This document shows, in pieces, positions 43,401-50,194 of a DNA stretch of 64,000 bases (the stretch's first letter is position 1; every line of letters begins with the position of its first letter). Below the pieces are notes generated by a model that worked only from the letters and a program-made list of their open reading frames with translations, was not told the DNA's origin and made no database searches. This DNA is from an uncultured delta proteobacterium. GTDB taxonomy: Bacteria > Myxococcota_A > Polyangia > Polyangiales > JAFGIB01. Made by a program: the position numbers and the translations under genes. Where the stretch lies: contig CAVZVA010000002.1 in the NCBI GenBank assembly GCA_963778655.1, forward strand, positions 96,001 through 160,000. The letters are read 5' to 3'.

Positions 43401-45731
43401 GTCGACGCCGTCGCAGGTAGTGTCGTCCGAAAGACAGGCCTGGCACACGTCGTTCTGCGGGTCGCAGTAGTTCCCGTCCGGACACGGCTCTGCGCAAGTC
43501 GGCCGGCAGAATGGGGTGGTGACTCCGTAGTCGGGCACAGCGCTGCAGATCTGGGTGCTGACGGCGCAGCCTCCGGCCGCGTCGCAGGAAGCGAAACAAG
43601 CGCCGCCTTCGCAGTGCGAGCCCTCGGGGCAGGTCGAAGGAGACGCCGCCGGATCGCAGGGCCTCACGCAGTAGCCGCCCGGCAACGAAAGCGCGCAGAA
43701 GGCCGGTTCCTCAGGTGTCGCGAGCCCCACGCAATCGGCATCGCTCGTGCACGGGCTGCCGACCACCGCGCAACCCGTTGCGCCCGCGCAGTCCGAGTCC
43801 GCGCAGTCGACCTGGCCGTCGCCATCGTTGTCGAGGCCGTCGGCGCATTGGCTCTCGCACAGCGGCACGCAGGTGTCGTGCACCTGACCCTGCAGGCAGA
43901 CCAGGGTTCCGGTAGCGGCGCACGCGCCCGACCCGCAACTGGTCGCCGCGCCGGCGTAGCCGTCGTCCACCGCACCGTTGCAGTCGTCGTCGACCCCGTC
44001 GCAGGTGTCGTCCCCCGCAGCGGGCGTGCCCGCCACGCAGCTATCGACCTCCGCGCCGTCGATGCACGAGAGCTCGCCGTCTGCGGAGCAGGCGCCGACG
44101 CCGCAGCTAGTGACCGTCACCTCGTAGTCCTCGTCGGTCTTGCCGTCGCAGTCGTCGTCGAGGCCGTCGCATGAAAGCTCCGCGTTGCCAGTCGGCACGC
44201 ATGCGCCGCCGTCCATACCGGCGTCGGGCGTGCCTCCATCGAGTGCCTCGCGGGTGCAGTCCGCAGCCGTGACCACGACACCCGAGCCCGGTGCGTGCTC
44301 GAGCACCAGCAACGGCGGTGTGGCGGTCTCGCGCGATGTGAATTCGATGTGACCGGCTTGTTGCTCCGCCTCCTTCTTGACGAGAAACCCACTGAACGGG
44401 GTGAAGCCCTCGAGGTAGCACGCCACGTCGCGCGTCACGTCGAAGCGCACGACACCGGTCTCGCCGCTGGCGATCAGCGCGGTCCCCGAGGGCGGGTCGT
44501 TCCAGGCCACCTGCTCGTCGGGCAGATCCGGCTTCCACATCGACCACGCGGTCGGACCGCCGCAGTCAGGGCTGCTGTTGCTGGTGTCGGTGTCCACCGA
44601 GCAGTTCCAGGTTGCGCCGAGCTCGGACCAGTCGTGGAGCATGCGGTGGACCCCGAGCACGCGGTCCGGCCCCCAGTTGTCGAAGGTCTTGCTGATGGTG
44701 AGCTCCAGGTGTGCCTGCCGCAGGCCTTCCCCGGCGAGCGCGCTCGCGATCGCGGGCCCGTCGAAGTCGAGCAGCGCTCGGTTGCGACCCGAAGCCTGGA
44801 TCCGCAGGATCGCGTCGGCGCCCTCGTTCTGATTGGGAGCACCCTTGCGCACGTAGGTGTCGGCCGTGGCGACCACGGTCGCGCTCCGCGCAGAGCCCGC
44901 GTCCATCGCCGCCGCGTCCATCGCCGCGTCCATCGCGCCCGCCGCGTCCTTTGGGCTGCCCGCGTCGCGCGGCTGCGCGCCCTGCACCTGCAGCACCAGC
45001 TGCGCTCCCAGTCCCTGCCCCTGCTCGTGCGCCTTGAAGTCCACCGAGCCGCTGGCGCTCTCGTCCACCTTCTTGAGCAGCCAGCCGTAGCCGGGCCAGC
45101 TGCCGTCGAGGATGGCCGCGACGTCCGCTGTGAGCTCGAGGCTGACGGTGCCGGTCTCCTTGCTGGTGATGGTTGCGCTGGCGGTTTCGGGCGAGAGCCA
45201 GGGCTGCGTCGCGGGATCGGTGGAGCTCATGTCCCAGGCCGTGTCGCCCGCGCAGTCGGCCGAGGAGTTGTAGATGCTCAGGTCGATCGCGCAATTCCAG
45301 GTGGCTGAGTATTCGGCGCTGGCCTGCTTCAAGCGGTGGACGGCGATCGGTCTACCGCTGCTGCCCCAGTCGTTGCCGGCGCTGTCGATCGTCAGCTCGA
45401 GGCTTGCGCCGAGCAGGGTGCCGCTGCCCACCGCCTGCCGGATCGCGTCCGCGTTGAAGAACAGCAGCGCGCGGTTCTTGCCCGACGACTGCAGGCGTAC
45501 GACGGTGTCGCCGCCCTGATTGGTATTGGGAGAGCCCGACTTCAGATAGGTTTCCCCGATGACGGGCAGCGTGGCAGTGGCAACCGTCAGTGCGGCGCCG
45601 GCCGCCGCCACGTGCGGCGCTCGGGGCTGGGTGGGCCGCTCAGTGCAGCTCCAAAGCGCGCCTGCAAACCCCGCCATCAGGACGAACGCGCACGCGTGCG
45701 TTGTCCGCCGTGCCGCAACTCTCGATCGCAT
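28434..45731 (-). CDS. Giant (~5765 aa) lipoprotein adhesin / RHS polymorphic toxin
   Basis: Lipobox ALWSC; two DNRLRE-like domains; CDGxDDDCxG repeats; LamG; discoidin-like; PKD; IgGFc-binding N-like; Ig-like; YD repeats; core ARSYDSRTGRFVSRDP...PTIARDPTG; variable C-terminus. Confidence 0.93.
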   Translation of the reverse strand: MRSRVAARRTTHACAFVLMAGFAGALWSCTERPTQPRAPHVAAAGAALTVATATLPVIGETYLKSGSPNTNQGGDTVVRLQSSGKNRALLFFNADAIRQAVGSGTLLGASLELTIDSAGNDWGSSGRPIAVHRLKQASAEYSATWNCAIDLSIYNSSADCAGDTAWDMSSTDPATQPWLSPETASATITSKETGTVSLELTADVAAILDGSWPGYGWLLKKVDESASGSVDFKAHEQGQGLGAQLVLQVQGAQPRDAGSPKDAAGAMDAAMDAAAMDAGSARSATVVATADTYVRKGAPNQNEGADAILRIQASGRNRALLDFDGPAIASALAGEGLRQAHLELTISKTFDNWGPDRVLGVHRMLHDWSELGATWNCSVDTDTSNSSPDCGGPTAWSMWKPDLPDEQVAWNDPPSGTALIASGETGVVRFDVTRDVACYLEGFTPFSGFLVKKEAEQQAGHIEFTSRETATPPLLVLEHAPGSGVVVTAADCTREALDGGTPDAGMDGGACVPTGNAELSCDGLDDDCDGKTDEDYEVTVTSCGVGACSADGELSCIDGAEVDSCVAGTPAAGDDTCDGVDDDCNGAVDDGYAGAATSCGSGACAATGTLVCLQGQVHDTCVPLCESQCADGLDNDGDGQVDCADSDCAGATGCAVVGSPCTSDADCVGLATPEEPAFCALSLPGGYCVRPCDPAASPSTCPEGSHCEGGACFASCDAAGGCAVSTQICSAVPDYGVTTPFCRPTCAEPCPDGNYCDPQNDVCQACLSDDTTCDGVDQDCDGRVDEEFVAETSTCGVGACLRTGTTACVNGEAQTDCTPGTPAPSDTTCDGIDDNCSGTADEGYVPVATSCGVGACSRTGTTACVAGTVSDGCVPGNPAAADASCDGIDDDCDGHVDEEYVSESTSCGLGACMRTGATSCVNGTVQTACAAGPPAGSDTSCDGIDNNCDGTADEGYVPVATSCGVGACARTAMSSCVNGEEQSNCVPGTPAASDTTCDGVDDDCNGIVDDGYVPVATSCGVGGCARSGTSSCVNGAVQIECAPGAPAASDATCDGVDDDCNGTADDGYVPVVTSCGVGACARSAMSSCAGGLVQSNCSPGTPAASDSTCNGIDDNCDGTADEGYVSLTTSCGVGACGRLGSTFCVAGVVGDTCTPGNPAAADATCDGNDDDCDGIADEDYAPVPTSCGVGACARAGATSCVLGTVADSCAAAAPAANDATCDGLDDDCDGTVDEDYVAVATSCGVGQCASTGSSSCSNGMEQDSCVPGTPAASDTTCDGADDDCNGQVDDGYVPRATSCGTGACANTGSTSCVNGVEQDDCTPGGVDADTTCNGLDDDCDGKIDEAVVGLDDGEPCTIDSCDPATGIISHQHLAPGASCSDGNVCNGAETCQPPHAQICAPTVGGVVAWWPGDGNAHDVIGGHDGTPQNGLTFAAAEVDQGFSFDGVDDQVDLSAHAAALNLAGQATLEMWVRIPTDTCRTIFHLSQDATHEQYLRVGNGCGVTNSLVMWTYVNGGTTQTATVTAPSSLRSILIDAGRFHHLALTFSGSGAVPLVYIDGTQVSATPSSGTTAAGQWGGFPSPVTATLGSHSGTQYFQGMIDEITLYDHVLTQPQIQLIANVYGGGKCKPTVCTAGPPPGAGYPCDDGDHCRINDQCDGASRCLAGSVVPPDSSCDGVDDDCDGTADEDYVPTPTSCGTGECTNTGIATCVSGQLQDSCVPGAQYQDDDCNGHDDDCDNWIDEGYVPSCLGSSTVTCVQGQVVTTSCADADLCNGQETCESGTCQPGTPPVVDDANPCTTDSCAPASGVSHVPVADGSPCGDGDACNGQETCQSGQCQAAVPPTVDDGDPCSIDTCDPAVGVVHTPAAAGTSCSDGNVCNGEESCELVPLLFSVGPQQAYLHTVNGSTDAVAVRLADFGILPGQQITLTAVGHVYGGDGYVNDLGAVFSSTSELRPADQRYRVPGAIASGLPQVVTGTTYFGGEQTDIAEDFRIPTSGVAVNVPQHAAYLFLALFDRYYADNTAAGEFDAQVNVAASHCGSGTPLVTDDGNVCTADTCDPVLGIAHTPLPGAPCDDANACTVGDSCDSAGTCQAGAPLVIDDGDPCTIDSCDPATGAVHTAAPEGADCSDGNACNGAETCGTPTAVEHFEQVNPRTTFLNFHALYARAYRLSDFGLQPGDRIALRAQGSFAGTFNNGTELLGIFSSTDELLPPGPSGNWSRVPGAIASDAPPYDIHFYIDNRDIADDFRIQPAGVVVTVPEGAVFLFIGANDESYGTSEPFDDNADLDGDFGLVIARDVPPVFGCQPGQTPQIDDGDACTSDRCDEAQGVLHDPNPQGVLSCTQLGAECGQPSDGCGGTLDCGTCPSGQVCGSLETGKCGPPPLQVTPVIHVSRGVNRAHYGGGARVVEYGAGDRVLDPSAATPLIYTSLKMSLGSSPEPRYVSVRLAGADQPVFDEVSLQINEGGADHAELWVSSAETFDLGSFVKVGEVVPPVDGAVDFQLAPVQARYVRLVFERLSSTDYDWGGYLSQLNVSTRSREGGVVSLLEGGADVVRASTETRSGWATGAFDYSHQTVWQTGSAGEQWAVLALAPAGQAVSQLEMSAYDVGKGTSAKDFDLQLSNTGSADGDFSTVLAQTSWEDDNGDFVWELAPTRARYARLRLHSSYGGGTYRIADVRLYSPELGGAQVPFEDMTPLPQSEVASRLWTFGDGASSTERYPSHTYAEPGTYQIALSVTDVQGRVGVAHATYTVLQAPVPDFTWTPDSPAETDGSGPFATLFDASRVVDGQRVLSRSWSGPVIFDDCTGGCLWVNGAFAQADSPLTVRFPQDGDIPLHLTVTDSQFLTASIVKSVPVHNVPPEVNAGPDIGILWGQRARVGHPGEAVMDHGDDEASLHCVWDFGDGHTVAIDPCNRHVDTQRDHVYADPGVYTASLTAFDDHTSTTDTAIVTVDRRPSVVVPLTMVPTAADGDFELSARLFDALDNSAPVVGREIVFSHNGEIVTAVTDADSVARAVVHFDPLSLSTVEYGFAGDDRYYPNSDSVDFEVRQGDSAPTELGQSTSGDQGVRFVLAFPQNANAAYSSPDTRRLVLMISSRVATTAHVRAPSVGFEADVGVAPDQVSRVVVPDTLRMGGLTDRGYNVGDSGLIEDKGIEVTSLDEIRVQALDRLWGSSDAYLALPVERLGSEYLVLAAYNEKEPYFGSPSGSQLSVAAIEDDTQVTIVPTAEVAPGPDLPQGAPIGVPFTVTLNALQTLQLEAGSVDAYAFEDFTGTRVSSSKPVAVYGGHVCTPLSSVYSACDHLIEQMPPVTAFGTRFPIVPAEGPQTYGDVGDIVRVMAGADGTEVRVDGQLMATLDRGAVYQFREGLFSGHEVITSQPSLVGQYILGAGFNNLGDPSFMLVPPADQFVDHLIVSPPEPTDPLLGAAATDFSFRDHLSIIAKSTEAGGIRVDGQPVPGAWRALGDGTYAGARMPLEQGSHVITSDILGAKFMASSYGYEYYGSYAMPVGMQLAQPACRPTVTVPGDGIDNDCDGIEGEERKNGIDDDGDGVPDEDLALEPDPNAANHAPVVFSTSYGGLQDNAAFALPGYDPDGDALTYRVTSGPAATLNGNVLTGPSGVYTIVANDGELDSQPATLSLGAESYLSPACRDPLQATVNRCNERPYFRGSTLVSQVIKVPPGQVVPFVAQVHAFDWDLQPIRYELPLTAPGGQNANLAPGMALDPDTGVFTWLVDSTMAGSYHLILSATDSLGGNTLDGSVTLTVMTDASNAPPVFDSQPVVEAQVGDLYLYNLAAHDPENQALSYDLVTGPAGMTLSGNTLSWTPADGNVGEHTVLVRVSDAGGAAAVQAFTVSVLGSPLRFASTPSLLASVGAEYRYQPEVVRLTGQPQVTYDFDQVCMTGCAALAPKGMALDPATGEIFWTPTQDQLGTHGVVLIARDELGNVDRQFFNIEVLQNAVTPRITSTAVTHAVVHGHYRYDVDAADLGTREVLSYTLLDWPQGMTIDMVTGLIEWQPDALGSYAVTVQVTDSGGLQDTQSFTVEVTEDSSPPVLDVNVDQETIVPGGTLTLTALASDEVGVSSLEVTIDGAPAQLDENGQLDFSSSSRGVHTVVVTAVDASGNVSTKTLLVGVQDAGDTTPPVVAISTPAKDAEATYLQAIVGTASDPNLMGYTLEQRRTGESSWTQVAQGYQSVQDGALGTLDATLLRDGYYELRLTAHDVNGQSSEVVIPVRVEGQAKVGVVQLSFVDMAVPMAGIPITVVRSYDSRDKNKQDFGYGWRLDVKQGSLQHNRAPGSEWFVTYPDTPYGFNFPCTITLEHEQHLTEVRLSEREWYLFRATLVPSSQVPLVSGQCAMTYSYEQVDGSTAGAQLLVVGNDQVLTQLQQPPIGGEAPYGVDAVDALDPTQPYNPGKLQLQLADGRVIELSEQNGIELVQDRNGNAISIDAAGIHHSGGKSISFERDAQGRISAVVDPSGRAVQYAYDLNGNLARVTNQVGEATRFSYRSDLPHHLQSIIDAAGRKVAALSYDGDGRLSGVCDAEGGCSQSSYDLPGRSVVQTDATSRPVQYEYDARGNVTKQTDALGNSVLFSYDAQDNLIRAEGPDGSVASYSYDGSKNLLSRVLPHEAGEDPADFTYNYTYTAKNDRASVTLPSGAVIAYEYDAAGNQTAVKDGAGNVIESRSYNADGTLSSKTGRFGTVAYSGYEGGQPTQEIDAFGQLITMSYDAAGHLLSRSERGLTTTMSYDGLGRLSSADYGHGATVSYEYSEATPGWTAISGPTFGRVERSFTAAGRLGSWTEPNGDELTRIYDAAGRVKEEIDALGNSTLYAYDLGGRLQGITDATLNATTTFERDSAGRVTRTTDALGHETQTSYKLGGRLASTTNARGKTTSFDRSPLSASITDALSRTTVTSLSTYGLPGSTTYPGGADTSSSYLGTTRLDGSQQYPTSFQDELERTRNYGYDTKSGLTSATDLAGQSWQYQYTPAAGSGVSYDVFSGNVSTANHDGGASAYQGSEGSTEYRDVSTVGSSNGGNFTHLLSQVTSPKGEVTKFERGTNGRISKVTYPDMGTRTITYDADARPQQIVLPQGTVVTLRHDISGRETHRETDTGEFRDLTYGPGDRIETMTDQTGTTTYHYDAAGRFSGITYPSGGSVMYDRDVLDRTTDVRVKTTPTSGEIHTHYDYDANGNLAQIVDPNGGVTGYSYDDADRLQQRVLPNGVVTTYAYDSRDRVLSVVHKNASNVVLASVVYERSPSGEPTKITREDGTYTKIDYDSALRVKKESHFDANDVLVEEIQYGYDADGNRTSKTTLTGQETYSYAAGFKLTGITGTAGNEVYAHDAGGRLTGIDRGGVHRDVEYDSMDHITRVVDGGIEVERYTFDGMGRRVAVNNGASVKRFLIAPNLGDGYESPQAVVDGSGNLIASYVYAGEHPIMKIGTGGQVEYLLADSMGSVIGKADGSGASTASIHYDGFGNVASAVGASSGIDPAVGAEPRFQGMTLDGSTGLYFVRARSYDSRTGRFVSRDPVGGITLSASSLHPYTYVSNSPTIARDPTGTFTLIEVSITAGIVGVLASISTAIANRDLLAKGKYGEFAGTVAFAGVTGAAAAATGGVAGGIIFGSLSGVATDAVHDMFEGGVEKASENLTLCKFTASFTIGIAGGVLSAGLARATTLGSAIPNIAELGWGYNFVSKLGIRLPSQLVPEVPAGALGFLRSVDSTNTFADSVAQNALQKIITESTERANIGSEVVHTTGAIAAAEYIKFDPCGNER
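40480..44200 (-). repeat. Intragenic ~36-aa Cys/Asp-rich repeats (CGVGAC...CDGxDDDCxGxxDE), interrupted by a LamG domain
   Basis: Well over a dozen near-tandem copies visible in the translation. Confidence 0.9.
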
Positions 45732-45887
45732 GAGCCCCCCTACTTGCGACGGCCGCTCCTCAGCCGTCGATCCATCCGCGAAGATCCGGCTAGCGAATCT
45801 CCGTCCACGAATCAATGGGGGAAGAGCTCAATCACCGCGTTTTCGCCCAGTCGCCCGCGGATCCGAGCGAAGCCGCGTGCGACTCGA

Positions 45888-45965
45888 GAGCCAACGTCAC
45901 CCCTAGGGGTGTCCGTCGATGGCGCGCAACCGAGCCAACGTCACCCCTAGCTAGGGGTGTCCGTC
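45888..45965. repeat. 30-bp direct repeat containing the palindrome CACCCCTAGGGGTG
   Basis: GAGCCAACGTCACCCCTAGGGGTGTCCGTC at 45888-45917; second copy at 45932-45965 has an extra CTAG. Confidence 0.85.
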
Positions 45966-46634
45966 ACCGCCTTGACCGCCGAGGCGCACCACCAGCATCT
46001 GCACCAGGTCTCCGACGTGCTCGGCCTGGCAGCGCGCGAGCAGACGGCGCAACACGGTCTTGCAGGTGTTGGGCGAGACGCCGAGCGCAGCCGGAAGCTG
46101 CGGGCGCCGCACCCCGCGCAGCAGCAACTCCAGGACCTGCGTCTGACGCGCGGTAAGCCCGTGAAGCCGCGCGAAGCACGCGAGCTCCGACTGCACGAGG
46201 TCGCGCGCGGCCGGCAACGCCGCAGCGGCGGTCGCCTGCACGCGCGCGCGCAGCTCGAGCGCTTGGGCGATGCAGCGCTCGAGCTGTGCGTGCGTGAAGG
46301 GCTTGGGCAAGAACGCATGCGCACCCAGGCGCGCGAGCTCGAATCCCTCCGCAGCCGACGCTTCACCGCTGATCGCGATCATCAACGGCAGCGGCGCGAT
46401 GCGGGACGCCTGCGCGAAGATCGGATGGCTGGTGCCATCGGGCAGGCGCACGTCGGCGATCAACAGGTCGAGCGGCGCGGCGACCGCAGGGCCTGCTTCG
46501 CACAACGCGCCGGCCTCGCGCACCTCGCAGTCCCAGCCCGACAACGCACGCGTGAGCGCGCGGCGCATCAGGTCGTTGTCCTCGAGAATGACCACGTGGG
46601 CGAAGCGCTGCCCCAACCGCTCATCTAACAGCAC
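45951..46634 (-). CDS. Response regulator (REC + LuxR HTH)
   Basis: ILEDND, ADVRLPDG, LPKPF; LTARQTQVLELLLRG...LGVSPNTCK. Confidence 0.9.
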   Translation of the reverse strand: MLLDERLGQRFAHVVILEDNDLMRRALTRALSGWDCEVREAGALCEAGPAVAAPLDLLIADVRLPDGTSHPIFAQASRIAPLPLMIAISGEASAAEGFELARLGAHAFLPKPFTHAQLERCIAQALELRARVQATAAAALPAARDLVQSELACFARLHGLTARQTQVLELLLRGVRRPQLPAALGVSPNTCKTVLRRLLARCQAEHVGDLVQMLVVRLGGQGGDGHP

Positions 46635-46829
46635 GCCCGCGGACCCCCGGTGGGCCGGCCGGTGTCAAGCCCGCCGCATGCCCGTCTCTGGGGGTACCTC
46701 CCGCCCATGAACCGACCATACCAGCTTGGTCGGGGGGTCGCGAGGGTCGAATGCTGGCACATCAGGCCAGCCCGCTTTTGCGGGCGCGGTCCTCAGCCGG
46801 GCGGGTCGGGCTCGGCATATACTCCGGCG

Positions 46830-47948
46830 ATGCCCACCCCTGCCGGACCGGCCGCGGACTCCGAGCTGCTCGGCTCGGTGATCGAAGGTCGCTATCGCCT
46901 GGTCGAGCGCCTGGGCGGAGGCGCCGTGGCCGAGGTCTTCCGCGCCGAGGATCTGTCGGGCGCGGCGGCGGTGGCAGTGAAGGTGTGGCACGCGTCCGTG
47001 CTCGACACGCAGGCCGCCGGACGCTTTCACCGCGAGACCAAGGCGCTGCTCACGCTGGAGCATCCGCGGATCGTGGCGATTCGCGACTACGGCATGCTCG
47101 AGGGCTCGCCCTACCTGGTGATGGAGCTGCTGCACGGCGAGGCGCTCGAGACGCGGCTGGGCCGCGGGAGACTGCCGGCGGACGAGGCGCTGGCAATCGT
47201 GCGCCAGTTGCTCGAGGCGCTGGCCTACGCGCACGAGCACAACGTGGTGCATCGCGATCTCAAGCCGGAGAACGTGTTCTTGCTGGCCGACTCCGAGGGC
47301 GCCCTGCGCGTGAAGGTGCTCGATTACGGGCTGGCGAAGTTCCTGCAGGCCGAGGACGACCCGATGCCGGGCGCGGTGCTGACGCGCCGCGGCATGATGG
47401 TGGGCACGCCGCTGTACGTGGCGCCTGAGCAGGCGCTTGGCGGGGCCATCGACGTGCGCGCCGACGTGTACTCGGTCGGCTGCATGCTGTTCGAGCTGCT
47501 CTCGGGGCAGCCGCCGTTTCTGGCCGAAAGCCTGACCGAGCTGCTGCGCGCGCACTTGGTCGCGCCGATTCCGCAGCTGTCCGCGTTCGCACCGGAGCTT
47601 GCGCGAGGCGCCGCGCTGCAGGCCGTGATCGAGCGGGCCATGGCCAAGACCCCGGCGGAACGCTTCGCGAACGCGGGCGAGATGTTGCACGCGCTGGAGC
47701 AGGCGGTTGCGGGGGTCGAGGCAGCCGGGCTCGCGGCCAGCGCGAAGGCCGGGGGGGCGGGGTCGGCCGGGGCGCGGGCGCCCACGGCCACGCCTGCGAC
47801 CGGGGCCGCGGGCGCCGCGAAGGAGGAGGCGGGCGCGGCGGAGGCGGGCGCGCCAGCTGCCCCGGTGCCGGGCAGCTCGCGCGCGCTGCTCGTCTCGTTC
47901 GTGCTGGTGCTGGCGGGCGTGGTGCTGCTGTTCTGGCTCGCGCGCTGA
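46830..47948 (+). CDS. Ser/Thr protein kinase with C-terminal TM anchor
   Basis: VAVK, HRDLKPEN, DYG, GTPLYVAPE. Confidence 0.92.
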   Translation: MPTPAGPAADSELLGSVIEGRYRLVERLGGGAVAEVFRAEDLSGAAAVAVKVWHASVLDTQAAGRFHRETKALLTLEHPRIVAIRDYGMLEGSPYLVMELLHGEALETRLGRGRLPADEALAIVRQLLEALAYAHEHNVVHRDLKPENVFLLADSEGALRVKVLDYGLAKFLQAEDDPMPGAVLTRRGMMVGTPLYVAPEQALGGAIDVRADVYSVGCMLFELLSGQPPFLAESLTELLRAHLVAPIPQLSAFAPELARGAALQAVIERAMAKTPAERFANAGEMLHALEQAVAGVEAAGLAASAKAGGAGSAGARAPTATPATGAAGAAKEEAGAAEAGAPAAPVPGSSRALLVSFVLVLAGVVLLFWLAR

Positions 47949-48128
47949 GCGCGGCGCTGGGCAATCACGGACGCGGCGCCATGTGTATAGCGGCCGCTAC
48001 AGCCTCCGGCACACGCGGCACGTTCGCGACACGGCTGTCATGGGATGGCCGCTGAGAACGCCCCCAATACCTGAGGTGAGCGGCCATGGAACGCGCTGGC
48101 GTCCTTCTTGCATGTAATCCTCGTCATT

Positions 48129-48278
48129 ATGAAGGCGCTCCGCTCCAAAGCCTTGCTGCTCGCCATGCTCGCGCTGCCCGGTGGGTTCGTGATCACCCCG
48201 GCGTTGTGGCTGCTGCAGCGGCACGTGGCGCGAACCCAGCCCAACGGCCAGCCCGCGCCTCGCCCCGAGGTGAGCTGA
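48129..48278 (+). CDS. Possible 49-aa membrane peptide
   Basis: MKALRSKALLLAMLALPGGFVITPALWLL...; below the ORF-track cutoff. Confidence 0.3.
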   Translation: MKALRSKALLLAMLALPGGFVITPALWLLQRHVARTQPNGQPAPRPEVS

Positions 48279-48652
48279 AGCGGGGCCGGGCGCGGCGCCC
48301 CGGCTGCGCGCCTCGCCTTTGAGCCCGCAGCCCCTAGCGCCGGGGCGCCGCTGGCCAGCGCAGCGCGCAACGATTGCGCCGGAGGCACCGATCTTGCGTT
48401 GGCTCAGAGCCGCAGGGTCCAGTCTGGCCGTCCCCGGCAGCCCGCCAGGCGGCGAGCGCTTGCTCGCTTCGAGCCCGGCGCGGCTCGCGCAGGCCGATCC
48501 GGTGGTCCGGGTGGGATGGGGTGGGGCACCTTATGTGTGCCAGACTATCAGGCGCTGGCAGAGGGCGTCAGCGCGCGAGGCAAGCGGCCCTGGGCAGGGG
48601 CTGGGAGGTCCGGATGGCGTGTGCGAAGGGGAACGGCGGTGGGGAGGAGGCC

Positions 48653-50170
48653 ATGGGCAGGGCGTGCGGGGTGCTGCTCGGCCTGTGCGGGCTGGTGCTC
48701 GGATTGTGCGCCTGCAGCTCGGACGCCAACAGCAACACCTCACGCGGGCTGACCCAACAAGGGAGCGCCGGCGGCGCGCCGATCCCCGGCGGCATCACGC
48801 CGGCGCCCTCGAGCACGGGCGGCTCCGGCGGCGTGATCAACCCCAATGCCCCCTCCTCGGCCGGCCCCGCGGTGGACGCCGGGCCGCCGTGCGTGAATCT
48901 GCAGTGCCAGAAGCACGAGTGTCCGGGCGGAGGAAGCACCACCATCAGCGGCACGGTCTACGACCCGGCGGGCAAGAACCCGCTCTACAACATCGCGGTG
49001 TACGTGCCCAACGAGCCGGTGCTGCCGTTGAGCACGGGCGCCTCCTGCGACACCTGCGATTCCCTCTACAGCGGCATGCCGATCGCGGCGGCGGTCACCG
49101 ACGCGGCAGGCCACTTCAGCATGGATAGCGTGCCCGACGGGGCGAACATCCCGCTGGTGGTGCAGGTCGGCAAGTGGCGCACGCAGACCGTGATTCCCAA
49201 CGTGGTCCAGTGCCAGGACAACCCGCTGCCGGACCACTCGCTGCGGCTGCCCAGAAACCACATGGAAGGCGACATTCCCAACATCGCCATCTCCACGGGC
49301 GGCGCCGACACGCTCGAGTGCCTGCTGCGCCGGGTGGGCATCGATGCGGCGGAGTATGTACCCGGGGCGGGGGGCGACGGCCGCATCCACATCTTCCAGG
49401 GCACGCCCCGCATGGGCGGTGGCGGCCGCGGCGGCGGCCAGGTGCCCAACACCTCGCCGCCGGCGCCGGTGGCGTCGGCCTCGCTGTGGGACACCACCGC
49501 CGACCTGATGGGCTACGACATCGTGCTGCTGTCGTGCGAGGGCGAGGAGACCGTGAACATGAACCAGCAGGCGCTGCACGACTACGCCAGCGCGGGCGGG
49601 CGCGTGTTCGCCTCGCACTTCCACTATGCGTGGTTCAACACCGGGCCCTACGGCAACGAGAACCTGGCCACCTGGTTCACGGGGTCGAACAGCATGGGCA
49701 ACATCTTCTCAACCATCGTGACCACGCTCCCCAACGGCATGCCCTTCCCCAAGGGCATGGCGATGGAGACATGGCTGACCAACGTCAACGCCCTGACCAA
49801 CGGCGAGCTGCCGATCGAGCAGGCCCGCCACAACGCCGACGTGAGCGCGACCAACCTGCCGTCGCAGGCCTGGATTCTCGCCGATCAAAACGCGAATCCG
49901 CCTGGCGCGACCGAGTACTTCTCGTTCAACACGCCGACCGACGCGCAGATGACGCCGGACGGACCGAGCTACTGCGGGCGCGTGGTGTTCAGCGACCTGC
50001 ACGTCGGGGCCGCCTCCATGGACAACCCCCAGCAGCCGGTGCCGGACGAGTGCACGAACGTCGACCTGTCGCCGCAGGAAAAGGCGCTCGAGTTCATGCT
50101 GTTCGACCTGTCCTCGTGCCTGACGCCGGACAACAAGCCGCCGCAGCCACCCACGATCATGATCAAATAA
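48653..50170 (+). CDS. Myxobacterial secreted lipoprotein with carboxypeptidase-regulatory-like domain
   Basis: GGAGG RBS, lipobox LCAC, ISGTVYDPAG...VQVGKWR...LECLLR...QEKALEFMLFDL. Confidence 0.8.
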   Translation: MGRACGVLLGLCGLVLGLCACSSDANSNTSRGLTQQGSAGGAPIPGGITPAPSSTGGSGGVINPNAPSSAGPAVDAGPPCVNLQCQKHECPGGGSTTISGTVYDPAGKNPLYNIAVYVPNEPVLPLSTGASCDTCDSLYSGMPIAAAVTDAAGHFSMDSVPDGANIPLVVQVGKWRTQTVIPNVVQCQDNPLPDHSLRLPRNHMEGDIPNIAISTGGADTLECLLRRVGIDAAEYVPGAGGDGRIHIFQGTPRMGGGGRGGGQVPNTSPPAPVASASLWDTTADLMGYDIVLLSCEGEETVNMNQQALHDYASAGGRVFASHFHYAWFNTGPYGNENLATWFTGSNSMGNIFSTIVTTLPNGMPFPKGMAMETWLTNVNALTNGELPIEQARHNADVSATNLPSQAWILADQNANPPGATEYFSFNTPTDAQMTPDGPSYCGRVVFSDLHVGAASMDNPQQPVPDECTNVDLSPQEKALEFMLFDLSSCLTPDNKPPQPPTIMIK

Positions 50171-50194
50171 GGGGCGGGCCGGCGCGGCCCCAGC

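Noticed and set aside
31473..44174. Very long plus-strand ORFs (1138, 792 and 1129 aa)
   Set aside because: Antisense shadows of the RHS gene caused by high-GC codon bias; no motifs.
40480..44200. Regularly spaced DNA repeats resembling a CRISPR array
   Set aside because: They are in-frame protein repeats with synonymous variation and no unique spacers.
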